Source of the DNA: an uncultured cyanobacterium
GTDB lineage: Bacteria > Cyanobacteriota > Cyanobacteriia > Cyanobacteriales > Nostocaceae
Assembly (NCBI GenBank): GCA_963706595.1
Contig: OY970166.1
Coordinates: 4,320,001 to 4,384,000, forward strand
Reading direction: 5' to 3'
Length of the DNA: 64,000 bases
In this document: positions 1 to 10,300 of the stretch, piece after piece
How positions within the stretch are numbered: the first letter of the stretch is position 1
Layout of the letters: each line of letters opens with the position of its first letter
The notes under the pieces: generated by a model
What the model was told of the DNA's origin: nothing
Seen by the model: the letters and a program-made list of their open reading frames with translations, nothing else
Databases searched by the model: none
Program-made: the position numbers and the translations under genes

Positions 1-112
1 CATTTGGGTCGAAGGTGGGATTTTCGGTTAAATGGGGCTGTTGGTGTTGTGCTTCTACGGCGTGGTAGGTTTCACAACTGTCTACGTAGTGGCAGTTCAC
101 ACAAATACACAT
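1..112 (-). CDS. ycf34: Ycf34 family protein, N-terminal part (runs off window)
   Basis: Manual translation of the reverse strand from ATG at 112: MCICVNCHYVDSCETYHAVEAQHQQPHLTENPTFDPN, the characteristic Cys-rich Ycf34 N-terminus. Confidence 0.85.
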   Translation of the reverse strand, partial: MCICVNCHYVDSCETYHAVEAQHQQPHLTENPTFDPN

Positions 113-187
113 AATAGAACTGTCTCCAAAAACCTTTCTTTATTGTTAATGTAACTTAAGCCCAAGTTTTATTCACTATTTGTTGGG

Positions 188-1474
188 TTGATTTTTATGA
201 CAATCCACGGTTTGATATATCCGACTCTAGTTCCTGAAAATTGGCCTTTTGGCTTGGAATGGTTGCCGCAACCTGCTTATATTGTCGGTGGTGCGGTACG
301 TGATGCTCTTTTGGGTAGAACTCGTGAATACTTGGATTTGGATTTTATTATACCCTCTGGGGCGGTGGCAGTGGCTCAGGCGATCGCACGTCATTATCAA
401 GCTGGTTTTGTGCTACTTGACCCTCAAAGACAAATCGCCCGTGTGGTTTTTCCCGAAGCTACAGTTGATTTTGCCCAACAGGAAGGCGATAGTTTAGAGA
501 CTGATTTGCATAGAAGAGATTTTACAATTAATGCGATCGCTTACAATCCCCATACCGCAGAAATCATCGACCCGTTACAAGGGCGGGCTGATTTAGCACA
601 GGGTATCTTACGAATGATATCAGCTGCTAATCTCAAAGATGATCCTTTGCGATTAATGCGGGCATATCGTCAAGCCGCCCAACTTGGTTTTACTATTGAG
701 TCAGATACACAGAAAACTATTCAGTCTTTGGCATCACAGATAACTGAAGTCGCAGCCGAACGAGTGCGGGTAGAAATTAATTATTTATTAGCAAATTCTC
801 AAGGTACATTTTGGCTGACAAAAGCCGCAGAAAATAATTTACTTGCGCCTTTCTTCAAAAATGCTACCCCCGAAAGCTGGGAGAAACTAGGAAAAGTAGA
901 CACAGTAGCCGCTTTAATTCTCCAGAATTGGCCGCAATTGAGTAGAGAACTGCACCAGTATGTCCGCGATACCGTAAAAACTACTTGGTTAGGTATGACT
1001 AAACTGGCTTGTCTTGTTCACCCTAATCCAGAAGTTGCCAAAATAGAACTACAAGCACTAACTTACAGCCATGCAGAAATTAAAGCTGTTAGCACTGCGC
1101 TGAAACTGTTTCCGCAGCTAAAATCAGCTAGTATGTCTGTGCGAGAACAGTACTTTTTCTTCCAAGAAGCGGGAAATGTATTTGCGGCTACCATAATTTT
1201 AGCCTTAATAGATGATAATTTGGTATCGGCGATGTCTGGAGACCAGTCGCTACGCGTCTACGCACCATTAATCAGCCGCTACCTGAACCCTGATGATCTG
1301 GTTGCCCATCCCACTAAACTCGTCAGTGGTGACCAATTAATTATAGCCTTAAATATTGCACCTTCGCCAAAATTGGGCGAATTATTAACAGAAATCGCCG
1401 TAGCCCAAGCTGAGGGTAGAATTTCCACTCCAGAACAAGCGATCGCATTGGCGCGGAGTTTACTCGTAGACTAG
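188..1474 (+). CDS. Class II tRNA nucleotidyltransferase / poly(A) polymerase family, probably CC-adding type; start may be ATG 197
   Basis: VGGAVRD, DLDF, DLHRRDFTINAIA and DDPLRLMRAYR motifs. Confidence 0.85.
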   Translation: MIFMTIHGLIYPTLVPENWPFGLEWLPQPAYIVGGAVRDALLGRTREYLDLDFIIPSGAVAVAQAIARHYQAGFVLLDPQRQIARVVFPEATVDFAQQEGDSLETDLHRRDFTINAIAYNPHTAEIIDPLQGRADLAQGILRMISAANLKDDPLRLMRAYRQAAQLGFTIESDTQKTIQSLASQITEVAAERVRVEINYLLANSQGTFWLTKAAENNLLAPFFKNATPESWEKLGKVDTVAALILQNWPQLSRELHQYVRDTVKTTWLGMTKLACLVHPNPEVAKIELQALTYSHAEIKAVSTALKLFPQLKSASMSVREQYFFFQEAGNVFAATIILALIDDNLVSAMSGDQSLRVYAPLISRYLNPDDLVAHPTKLVSGDQLIIALNIAPSPKLGELLTEIAVAQAEGRISTPEQAIALARSLLVD

Positions 1475-1595
1475 TGACACACTTCAAAAACTGTCCTGGT
1501 AGATATAGGAACTCCTATCTAATTTTTGTGGGCGTAGCCTGCGCTATGCGCTGACAATCTCGACGTAACACAAAAAGGTTATTCCCCACTCCCCA

Positions 1596-1835
1596 GAAGA
1601 AGCAGGGGCGCACCGGAGCAGGGAGCAAGGGGGAGTTAAGAGGCAGGGGCGCAGGGTGCAGGGTGCAAGGGGGAGTTAAAAGGCAGGGGCGCAGGGTGCA
1701 GGGTGCAAGGGGGAGTAAGAAATTATTTTAAAACTTCCGGTTACTTAGCAACCATTCCTCTTCTCTCCTGCACCCTGCCCCCTGCCCCCATTCTTCTTCT
1801 CCCCTGCCCCCTGCACCCTGCACCCCTGCTTCTTC
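1596..1835. repeat. Inverted heptamer-repeat element (GCAGGGG arm / CCCCTGC arm) without a gene
   Basis: Ends GAAGAAGCAGGGG...CCCCTGCTTCTTC; flanked on both sides by CCCCACTCCCCA; internal ~40-bp direct duplication. Confidence 0.8.
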
Positions 1836-2175
1836 CCCCCACTCCCCATTAGCATTTTTGCTGATCCTTGCTACTGATTCTTATTGCTGCTGCTGAAATT
1901 TTTCATCCATTTCTTATTTTGCAGAATCAAAATGTCAATAATACTGCTCAAGTATAAAGTTTACACAAATAAAGCAACCTCCAATAAATTCAGCCTGGAG
2001 TGTAGGCTAAAATATGATTATGAGCGATGCCACTATTTCATCGAGCAATGCCATTCTCACCAGTAAATACATCAATTTATATTACATTTAATTAATTTTT
2101 TTTAAAAAACTTTCTTTTCCATAAATAAATTGTATATTTCGCAAAAATTACGTTTAAACTCTGGAATTTGACATA

Positions 2176-5100
2176 ATGCAAAACCAAGAAAATTCCCAGC
2201 CGCCAAATATTTTGAAGTTATCATTGCTACCAAAAATCACGGAATTAGAGGCATTAAATACACCCATCCATTCTGTGCAGTCAAAAGAAATAAAATTACT
2301 CGCAGAAAGTCACAAACAAGAGTTGCTAGTTAGTTCTACTCAAGAAGAAGGAATGATTTTTCAGCTAGCTGATACAACGATACAAGCCTGTAATTCTGCT
2401 GCTGAGAAAATTTTAGGATATCAGCTGCACCAAATAGTGGGAAAAACTTTTTTTGAACCGCCCTGGCAAATAATTCATGAAAATGGGTCAGTTGTAACAC
2501 CAGCAACTCATCCGGCTATGGTTGCTCTCCAAACAAAACAGCCATGTAAAAATATGGTGATGGGCTTTTATCAGCCGACTGGCAAATTAGGTTGGTTATT
2601 GTTAAATTCCCAGCCGTTATTTCCAGCTAATCAAGCTGAACCCTATGCTGTTGTCACGACATTTATCGATATTACTGAAATAAAACTTGATCAATTTAGC
2701 AATGATAATGCTATTGAAATAAATAAAAAATTATTTATAAGTGGCGACCAAATTCAAGTTAATCAAACTTTATCACACAGTGATTTTTGGAATTTTTCCC
2801 TTGACTTGTTATGTGTGACGACATTAGATTGGCACTTTCATCAAATCAACACTGCTTTTAGTCAAATGCTGGGTTACTCATTTGAAGAACTGGTTACTTA
2901 CTCTTGGATGGATTTGATTCATCCAGATGACCAAGCTGCAACTCAAGCAGAAATGAATAAACTAAAAACAGGTATACACAGTACTTACTGGGAAAATCGT
3001 TACCGTTGTCAAGATGGTTCTTACAAATGGCTGGGTTGGACAGTAACTCAGCCCAGAGAAGCACAACTTATATATGCAGTCGCACGAGATATTAGTGTAT
3101 ATCAGCCAGAAATCAAACAGCAGGTTGTAGAATGCACAGCACAATTACCACCCGCCAATGCCATCTTAGCTGAACGAGAAATACTTTACCGGACTCTGAT
3201 GCAGCATATCCCCAATGGTGCTGTTTACTTATTTGACCACAATTTGCGTTACTTGGTGTGTGAAGGTACTGAGTTAGCAGTGGTGGGATTAGCAGCCGAT
3301 TCTATGATTGGCAAAACCGTTGGGGAAGTTTTTCCTGGGGAAACCTGCCAAATCATAGAACCTTTGTATCGTGATGCTTTAGCAGGTAAAACCACAGTTA
3401 GAGAAATCATTTATCAAAATCAAATCTACGAAACTCATACTGTTCCTGTTCGTAACCAGCAAGGAAAAATTTTTGCAGGTATGATGCTACAGCAGAATGT
3501 GACTAGTTGCAAGCAAAATGAAGCCCTCTTGTCCTTGCAAAACCATATTTTAGAATTGATTGCGACGGGTGTATCTCTCCAGGAAGTTTTGATAACTTTA
3601 GCCCAGTCCATCGAGGTCAGGTTACATCAAGTTTTTTGCTCGATTATGTTACTAGATGAATCGCAAACGAAATTACATCTGACTGTCGGTTCTAGCCTAC
3701 CAGAGAAATATACTCAAGCATTAGCAGATGGTGTGCCTGTGGGTGCAGATATGGGCAGTTGCGGCACGGCTGCTTATACCAAAGAAACGGTAATTGTCTC
3801 AGATATTGCTAACGATGTGAAATGGGTAAAATACCGCGATTTGGCACTGCCTCACAATCTTAAAGCTTGTTGGTCTGCGCCGATTTTAGGTAGTCAAGGC
3901 AATGTCTTAGGAACCTTTGCGCTGTACTATTCCACACCACGCATTCCGCAACCATCAGAGCAACAACTGATTGAGAGTGCATCTCACCTCGCAGGTGTGG
4001 CTATTGAGAAATATCGCTCAGAACAGGCGTTGCAACAAAGTGAATATCTCTTGCGGTTGATGACCGAAACTATTCCGCAACAGGTATGGACAGCATTACC
4101 TAATGGTGAATTGGATTACTATAACCAGAGGTGGCGTGATTTTACAGGTAAAACACTCGAACAACTGCAAGCTGATGGGTGGTCTGATATTGTGCATCCA
4201 GAAGATTTAGCACGAGTGGAAAAAGTGTGGAATCACTCTGTGCAAACTGGTAGCGAATACGAGGTTGAGACTCGCTTGCTTTCTAAGAGTGGGGAATATC
4301 GTTGGATTCTAGGACAGGCGCTGCCTTTACGTGACCAAGAAGGAAAGATAATTAAATGGTACGGTACTAATACTGATATTACAGATCATATCCGAGCGAG
4401 GGAAGCTTTCAAAGCCAGCGAATTAAATTTCCGGACTTTGGCAGACACGATGCCACAAATTGTTTGGACTGCTCAACCCGATGGCTGGATAGACTACTAT
4501 AACCAACGCTGGTTTGACTATACGGGCATGACTTGGGAGGAAACTCAAGGTTGGGGCTGGGAAGCGGTACTACACCCCGAAGATGTCCAAATGTCCGTAA
4601 ATAATTGGACTGAATGCGTTCGTACAGGTAAAAATTATGATGTAGAATACCGCTTTCGTCGTGCTAGTGATGGACAATATCGCTGGCATTTGGGTCGAGC
4701 TTTTCCTTTACGTAATTACAAAGGAGAGATTATTAAGTGGTTTGGGTCTTCTACCGATATTGATGATTATAAACAGTCAGAAGCTGCGCTGTGGAGTGCC
4801 TTGCAACAGCAACAAGCCGCGCGTGCGGAAGCTGAAAAAGCTAATCGTATTAAAGATGAGTTTCTCGCAGTGCTTTCTCATGAACTACGAACCCCACTTA
4901 ATCCCATTCTGGGTTGGGCGCAGCTGTTGAAAACTGGCAAGCTAGACCAAGCTAAGACTGCTCAAGCAATAGAAACTATTGAACGCAATGCTAAATTACA
5001 GGTTGACTTAATTGAAGATTTGCTGGATGTATCCCGCATCCTCCAGGGCAAGTTAACTTTAAATGTATCTAGTGTGAATCTAGCAAAGATTATTTCCGCA

Positions 5101-5985
5101 GCGTTAGATACTGTTAGTCTAGCCGCTTCTGCAAAAGAAATTACCATTCACACTATGTTAAAGGAAAATATAGGGGAAATTACAGGTGATTCGGCTCGTT
5201 TACAACAAATTGTCTGGAATCTTCTATCTAATGCGGTGAAGTTTACCTCTCCGGGCGGGAAAGTAGACGTGCGGCTAGAGGAATGTGGTTCTATGGCTCA
5301 AATCCAAGTCAGTGATACAGGCAAAGGTATTAGTCCGGAATTTTTGCCATACATATTTGACTACTTTCGTCAAGAAGATAGTTCAATTACTAGAAAGTTT
5401 GGGGGACTAGGCTTAGGACTAGCAATTGTCCGGCAGTTAGTAGAGTTACATGGCGGCACTGTGAAGGCTGAAAGTTTAGGCGAAGGACAGGGAGCAACTT
5501 TTACGGTGAGACTACCGTTGCGTAAAAGGGTAGCGACTTATCGCCAGACTTCACCGCAACCAGAGAGATTAACAGATCATGCACCGCAGGAAGCAACTTT
5601 AAATTTAAATAGTATGAAAATTTTAGTTGTGGATGATGATGCTGATTCGCGGGATTTTATCGCTTTTGTGCTGAAGATGTATGGTGCAGAAGTGACCAAA
5701 GTGGCTTCAGCATGGGAAGCATTGCAAGTTATTTTCAAGTCTCAGCCAGATGTTTTAGTCAGCGATATTGGGATGCCGTTTATGGATGGCTATGAATTGT
5801 TACGTAAACTGAGGGTTTTGCCGCCAGAAACCGGTGGAAAAGTTCCGGCGATCGCTCTCACGGCCTTTGCGGCAGAGTATGATCAGCAACAGGCGATCGC
5901 CGCAGGTTTTCAAATGCACATCCCTAAGCCCGTGGAACCAGATACTTTAGCAGCAGCAGTTGTGCAATTAGTTAATAATTCGTAA
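2176..5985 (+). CDS. Hybrid sensor histidine kinase (multiple PAS/PAC, GAF, HisKA, HATPase, REC)
   Basis: HPDD/HPED PAS motifs, SHELRTPL H-box, NAVKF, DTGKGI, GGLGLGL, C-terminal VVDDD..SDIGMP..KP receiver. Confidence 0.95.
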   Translation: MQNQENSQPPNILKLSLLPKITELEALNTPIHSVQSKEIKLLAESHKQELLVSSTQEEGMIFQLADTTIQACNSAAEKILGYQLHQIVGKTFFEPPWQIIHENGSVVTPATHPAMVALQTKQPCKNMVMGFYQPTGKLGWLLLNSQPLFPANQAEPYAVVTTFIDITEIKLDQFSNDNAIEINKKLFISGDQIQVNQTLSHSDFWNFSLDLLCVTTLDWHFHQINTAFSQMLGYSFEELVTYSWMDLIHPDDQAATQAEMNKLKTGIHSTYWENRYRCQDGSYKWLGWTVTQPREAQLIYAVARDISVYQPEIKQQVVECTAQLPPANAILAEREILYRTLMQHIPNGAVYLFDHNLRYLVCEGTELAVVGLAADSMIGKTVGEVFPGETCQIIEPLYRDALAGKTTVREIIYQNQIYETHTVPVRNQQGKIFAGMMLQQNVTSCKQNEALLSLQNHILELIATGVSLQEVLITLAQSIEVRLHQVFCSIMLLDESQTKLHLTVGSSLPEKYTQALADGVPVGADMGSCGTAAYTKETVIVSDIANDVKWVKYRDLALPHNLKACWSAPILGSQGNVLGTFALYYSTPRIPQPSEQQLIESASHLAGVAIEKYRSEQALQQSEYLLRLMTETIPQQVWTALPNGELDYYNQRWRDFTGKTLEQLQADGWSDIVHPEDLARVEKVWNHSVQTGSEYEVETRLLSKSGEYRWILGQALPLRDQEGKIIKWYGTNTDITDHIRAREAFKASELNFRTLADTMPQIVWTAQPDGWIDYYNQRWFDYTGMTWEETQGWGWEAVLHPEDVQMSVNNWTECVRTGKNYDVEYRFRRASDGQYRWHLGRAFPLRNYKGEIIKWFGSSTDIDDYKQSEAALWSALQQQQAARAEAEKANRIKDEFLAVLSHELRTPLNPILGWAQLLKTGKLDQAKTAQAIETIERNAKLQVDLIEDLLDVSRILQGKLTLNVSSVNLAKIISAALDTVSLAASAKEITIHTMLKENIGEITGDSARLQQIVWNLLSNAVKFTSPGGKVDVRLEECGSMAQIQVSDTGKGISPEFLPYIFDYFRQEDSSITRKFGGLGLGLAIVRQLVELHGGTVKAESLGEGQGATFTVRLPLRKRVATYRQTSPQPERLTDHAPQEATLNLNSMKILVVDDDADSRDFIAFVLKMYGAEVTKVASAWEALQVIFKSQPDVLVSDIGMPFMDGYELLRKLRVLPPETGGKVPAIALTAFAAEYDQQQAIAAGFQMHIPKPVEPDTLAAAVVQLVNNS

Positions 5986-6116
5986 TTTAGATTTTTTTGT
6001 TTCGCGCAAAGGCGCAAAGTCGCAAAGGAAGAAGGAAGAAGAAATTAATATAGATGAAAGCTGCTGTAAACTAATTTTAGGGAAGTATATAACTTCACTA
6101 CCCAGGGACATAAATT

Positions 6117-6737
6117 ATGGTACACAGCTTTATACTGCCACAAGAAACAATTTCTATCTTTCAAGAACGATTAAAAATACTTGAGAGATGTCTGAATGAT
6201 GCCAACCCGAAAGATGAAGTAACAGCAGAGATACTTGAACTGGCAAACAGCAGGCAAATATCTTTGATTCAACTCCGAGAAGAATTTAGAAAGTTTCAGG
6301 ACAAAGTTAATAAGTTTAATAAATTGGGACATAGATTAAACGACAAAGTTAAACAAGGTGAATTAGCAGTTTTACTTTGTGTTAGATTCTATTTTTTGCT
6401 CAAAGAAATTGCAGATAAATACTGGTATTTCTCCTCAATTCAAGTGGGGAAAAAAGTATTTAAAATTATGACTTTAAATTTTATTATTGCCTACAAAAAA
6501 TCAATAATTGAAGCTGGACATGAACATTATAAAAATGAGCATAAATATATTATAATAGAATCGCTAAAACATTTAATCCCATCACTAATCCAAGCTAGTG
6601 TAAGAATGAATGCATTATCTGAAGGAGAAATTAATGCACTAGAGTTAGGAGAAATCACACCCCAAGAATCAGAAACTATGCTGATTTCTTTGGCATCTAC
6701 AAACAAATGGGATGAGGTGTACAAGAATCTTGCATAG
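6117..6737 (+). CDS. Hypothetical protein, putative antitoxin partner of the downstream Doc toxin
   Basis: 206-aa ORF overlapping the doc gene; C-terminal WDEVYKNLA helix resembles Doc-neutralising antitoxin tails. Confidence 0.5.
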   Translation: MVHSFILPQETISIFQERLKILERCLNDANPKDEVTAEILELANSRQISLIQLREEFRKFQDKVNKFNKLGHRLNDKVKQGELAVLLCVRFYFLLKEIADKYWYFSSIQVGKKVFKIMTLNFIIAYKKSIIEAGHEHYKNEHKYIIIESLKHLIPSLIQASVRMNALSEGEINALELGEITPQESETMLISLASTNKWDEVYKNLA

Positions 6738-7125
6738 TCCTAAATTTATTGAAAAACCAGATGTTTTAAATATACATACTAAGCAGATTAAGCGATATGG
6801 TGGCTCATTTGGCATCCGCGATGAAGGCTTACTAGATTCTGCTATTTACCAACCTCAAGCAAGTTTTGGGGGTGAACTTTTACATCCGACAATTGTTGAA
6901 CAAGCAGCAGCATATTTATTTCACATCACTAATAACCATGCTTTTGTAGATGGTAATAAGCGAACTGCTTTTGATGTTATGGTGACATTCTTAAACTTGA
7001 ATGATTACGAACTGAATCTGACACCAAAAGAAGCTGAAGAATTAACAATACAGGTTGCCGATAACAAAGTGGATAAAGAAAAGTTAATTGAAATCCTGAA
7101 AAATTGCATCATAGAACTCTTCTAA
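6712..7125 (+). CDS. doc: Death-on-curing (Doc/Fic) family toxin; likely start TTG 6730
   Basis: GIRDEGLLDSA and HAFVDGNKRTA Doc motif. Confidence 0.9.
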   Translation: MRCTRILHSPKFIEKPDVLNIHTKQIKRYGGSFGIRDEGLLDSAIYQPQASFGGELLHPTIVEQAAAYLFHITNNHAFVDGNKRTAFDVMVTFLNLNDYELNLTPKEAEELTIQVADNKVDKEKLIEILKNCIIELF

Positions 7126-7126
7126 T

Positions 7127-7306
7127 AGGATGTTTGTAAAGTCTAATTTATTAATAGCCCCGGCGACTAGAAGTCGCGGCTATACAGACCAAACCCGCCT
7201 ACGCGGGTTAAAAATAAAAACCTTAATTTTTTCATTAGTCCACGGAGGTGGACTTTGCTTGTGTAGTAGCGAATTATATTCGCCCAAAACTTTTAAAACT
7301 CTTCCT
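7127..7306. mobile_element. MITE-like element (AGGATGTTT.. terminal repeats) with GCGACTAGAAGTCGCGGCTA core
   Basis: Imperfect terminal inverted repeats related to 57947-58111; core related to 15543-15745 and 58185-58350. Confidence 0.65.
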
Positions 7307-7345
7307 CTCTGCGACTCTGCGCCTCTGCGTGACACCAATCCATAT

Positions 7346-10300
7346 TTAAACTGTCACCCCTTCCAACTGTTCATCAGTCAAATCATACAACTGACGCAAC
7401 TTATCCAACTTATCTGCATCAGCTTGCCAAATACCCCGCCCATGCGCCTCAATCATTCTGCTCAAAATATTGCGAAAAGCTTCAGGATTCGCCTTGCGTA
7501 ACTTCTCCGCCATCTCTGCATCTAAAGCATAAGTATCCGCCGCTTGGTCATAAACCCAATCATCGTGAAAATCAGCAGTCCCACCCCAACCAATCAACGC
7601 CGTCATCCGTTGGGAAATTTCAAACGCACCACCAGAACCTTGATTCGCCATAGCTTGCGCCCATTTCGGATTGACTAATTTACTGCGGTATTCCATTCTG
7701 AGTAAATCATCTAAATTGCGGGGTGTGGTATCCTTCGAGAAACTTTCCACAAAACTGGTTGTCACCTTCTTACCGCGTCGCATTTCTGCCGCCTTTTTCA
7801 AACCGCCCGTATTAGCGTAATATTCTTGAATATCAGTTAAACCATATTCTACAGAATCGATTTCTTGAACAATGCGATCGCTAGTTTTTAATAAAGCATT
7901 TAAAATCTCTGGTCTAGCTTGACCCTTATCTTCCCTACCATAGCTAAACACATTCCGACCTTGCCAAGTATTGCCTAATTCTTCCCCAGATTCCCAATTA
8001 CCATCAACCACCTGATCATTTACCAAAGAACCGAAATCACCAGATGGATTAGAAAACAATCTTGCAGAACTATTCTCTACACCTTGCGCCTGTAAAGCTA
8101 AAGCGTGCTTTCTAATAAAATTCTCCTCTTCCGATTCATCAGCATCAGCCGCCCGTTGAAACAAATCATCCAATAATTCAATAATATTCACAAAACTATC
8201 GCGGAAAATCCCCGACAAATTACCCAAAATATCAATTCTGGGATGTCCCACCTCAGACAAAGGCTGCAACTCATAACGCACAATGCGCCCAGTCCCCTCC
8301 TTCACAGGTTCAGCCCCCACCAACTCCAAAAGAATCCCCAGAGACTCACCCTTAGTCTTAATCGCATCCAAACCCCATAACATCACCGCCACCGTTTCCG
8401 GATACGTCCCATGTTCAGCCAAATGCTGGGCGATAATTTTCTGACCAATTTCCCGCCCCCGTGCAAAAGCCGCCGGAGAAGGCATTCTATAAGGATCTAA
8501 AGCGTGAATATTCCTCCCCGTAGGTAACACACCCGCACCATCTCGCAACAAATCACCCCCAGGCGCAGGCAAAATATACTCCCCATTCAACCCCCGCAAC
8601 AAACTCCCCAACTCATCAGTAGACTGCATCAACAAACCACTAACTAACTCCTCCTCCTCTTGGCGACCTTGGCGACTTGGCGGTTCGTCTCCAAAATAAG
8701 CCTCCAAATAAGCCTCCAACTCCTCCTCATTCGGCGGTTCCCCCAAAATATGCAAACCCGAAGAAAACAGACGATTCTCCAGAACTTGCAGATATTCGTA
8801 CAACTTCAGCAAATAATCATCAAAAGCGCGATCGCTAAACATTCGCACATTCTCAGGACTAAAAGCAATCCCCAAACGTTTAGCATCATCAAAAGGACAA
8901 TCAGCATCCAAACCAGAATCAACAATCTTCTTACAAATAACCTCCTTCAGCAGATAATTCTTCTGCGGGTCCTCACGATACTCCGAAATCAAATCCCGCA
9001 AAGACAGCAACTCCTTATATAAACCAGCCCGACCATAAGGTGGTACATTGTGAGAAATTAACACCCCATAACCGCGACGCTTCGCCAACATCGACTCAGA
9101 AGGATTATTTGCTGCATATATATAGAGATTAGGCAAATCCCCCAGCAGAATATCCGACCAAGAATAACCAGTATTACCCAAAGGTGAACCCGGCAACCAT
9201 TCTACAGTCCCGTGCATCCCGAAATGAACCACAGCATCCGCCGCAAAATCATTTTGTAGCCATTTATAGAAAGCCGCATATTGGGGATGGGGAGTTAAAT
9301 CTCGTTCAAACATTAACCGCATCGGGTCGCCTTGTATCCCCAAAGGTGGTTGCACACCAATCCAGACATTACCTAACTGCACACCACCAATATGTAACTC
9401 CTCCCCATAAGTTTTAATTCCAGTTCCCGTTAAAGACTTCCATTGTTTTTCAATGCGGGAAGTTAGCAGATATCCCAACCATTTTTCTAACTTACGGAAA
9501 TGGACAGTATTTGCAGATGCGGGGAAAGGTTTATTTTTTTCCCATGTTTCCATTTCTTCATCTGCTGCTTTCACCTGACGAATCAACTCTTCCCCATCTT
9601 CAGGAATATCACCAACCTCATAACCTTGGTCTTTGAGGGCGTGGAGAAACTTAATTAGACTCCGGGGAACATTCAATAAAGCCGCAGTCCCTACAGCCCC
9701 ATATCCTGGGGGAAATCCATATAAAATAATTGCTATCTTGCGTTCTGATGCCGACTTTTGCCGTAAAGCAATCCAATTTTTGACTCTACCAATTAAACGC
9801 TGGACTCGTTCGGGAACTAGATAAATTTGTTCCCCCACTAAACCGCCGAGGGGAATGGTATCAATCGCCCCATCCAGTTCCGGTAAAGCATACAATACGA
9901 CACTTTGCAGTCCGCCTACACCTTGACGCGTCCATGAGTGAATGTCTTGAATTAGCAGGGGTGCGGCTACTATATAGGGTACATTCTTAGCAGCGAGGAT
10001 GCGTTTGGCTACTTCCACCTGTCGCCCTGCTTCCATTGAACCTGCGGGGCCACCCACCAGAGGAAAGCCAATGGTAGAAACAATTGCATCTACCTGGACA
10101 GCTTGAGCAGAAAGTGAGAGAGTTTCAGTATTACCTTTTTGTCTTTGCTGGGTTTCGTAGTCGGTGGTCATCCAATCTCTGACTGCTACGTGTCCTTCTA
10201 CACCGTTGATAAAAATGGGTAAGGGAATTAACCCGGCTGATTCAAAACGGCGGATTAATTGGGCAATATATGGTTGTTTAGTAATTACGTGCTTACGGTA

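Noticed and set aside
7130..7501. 123-aa ORF
   Set aside because: Made of MITE sequence and the antisense strand of the chelatase 3' end
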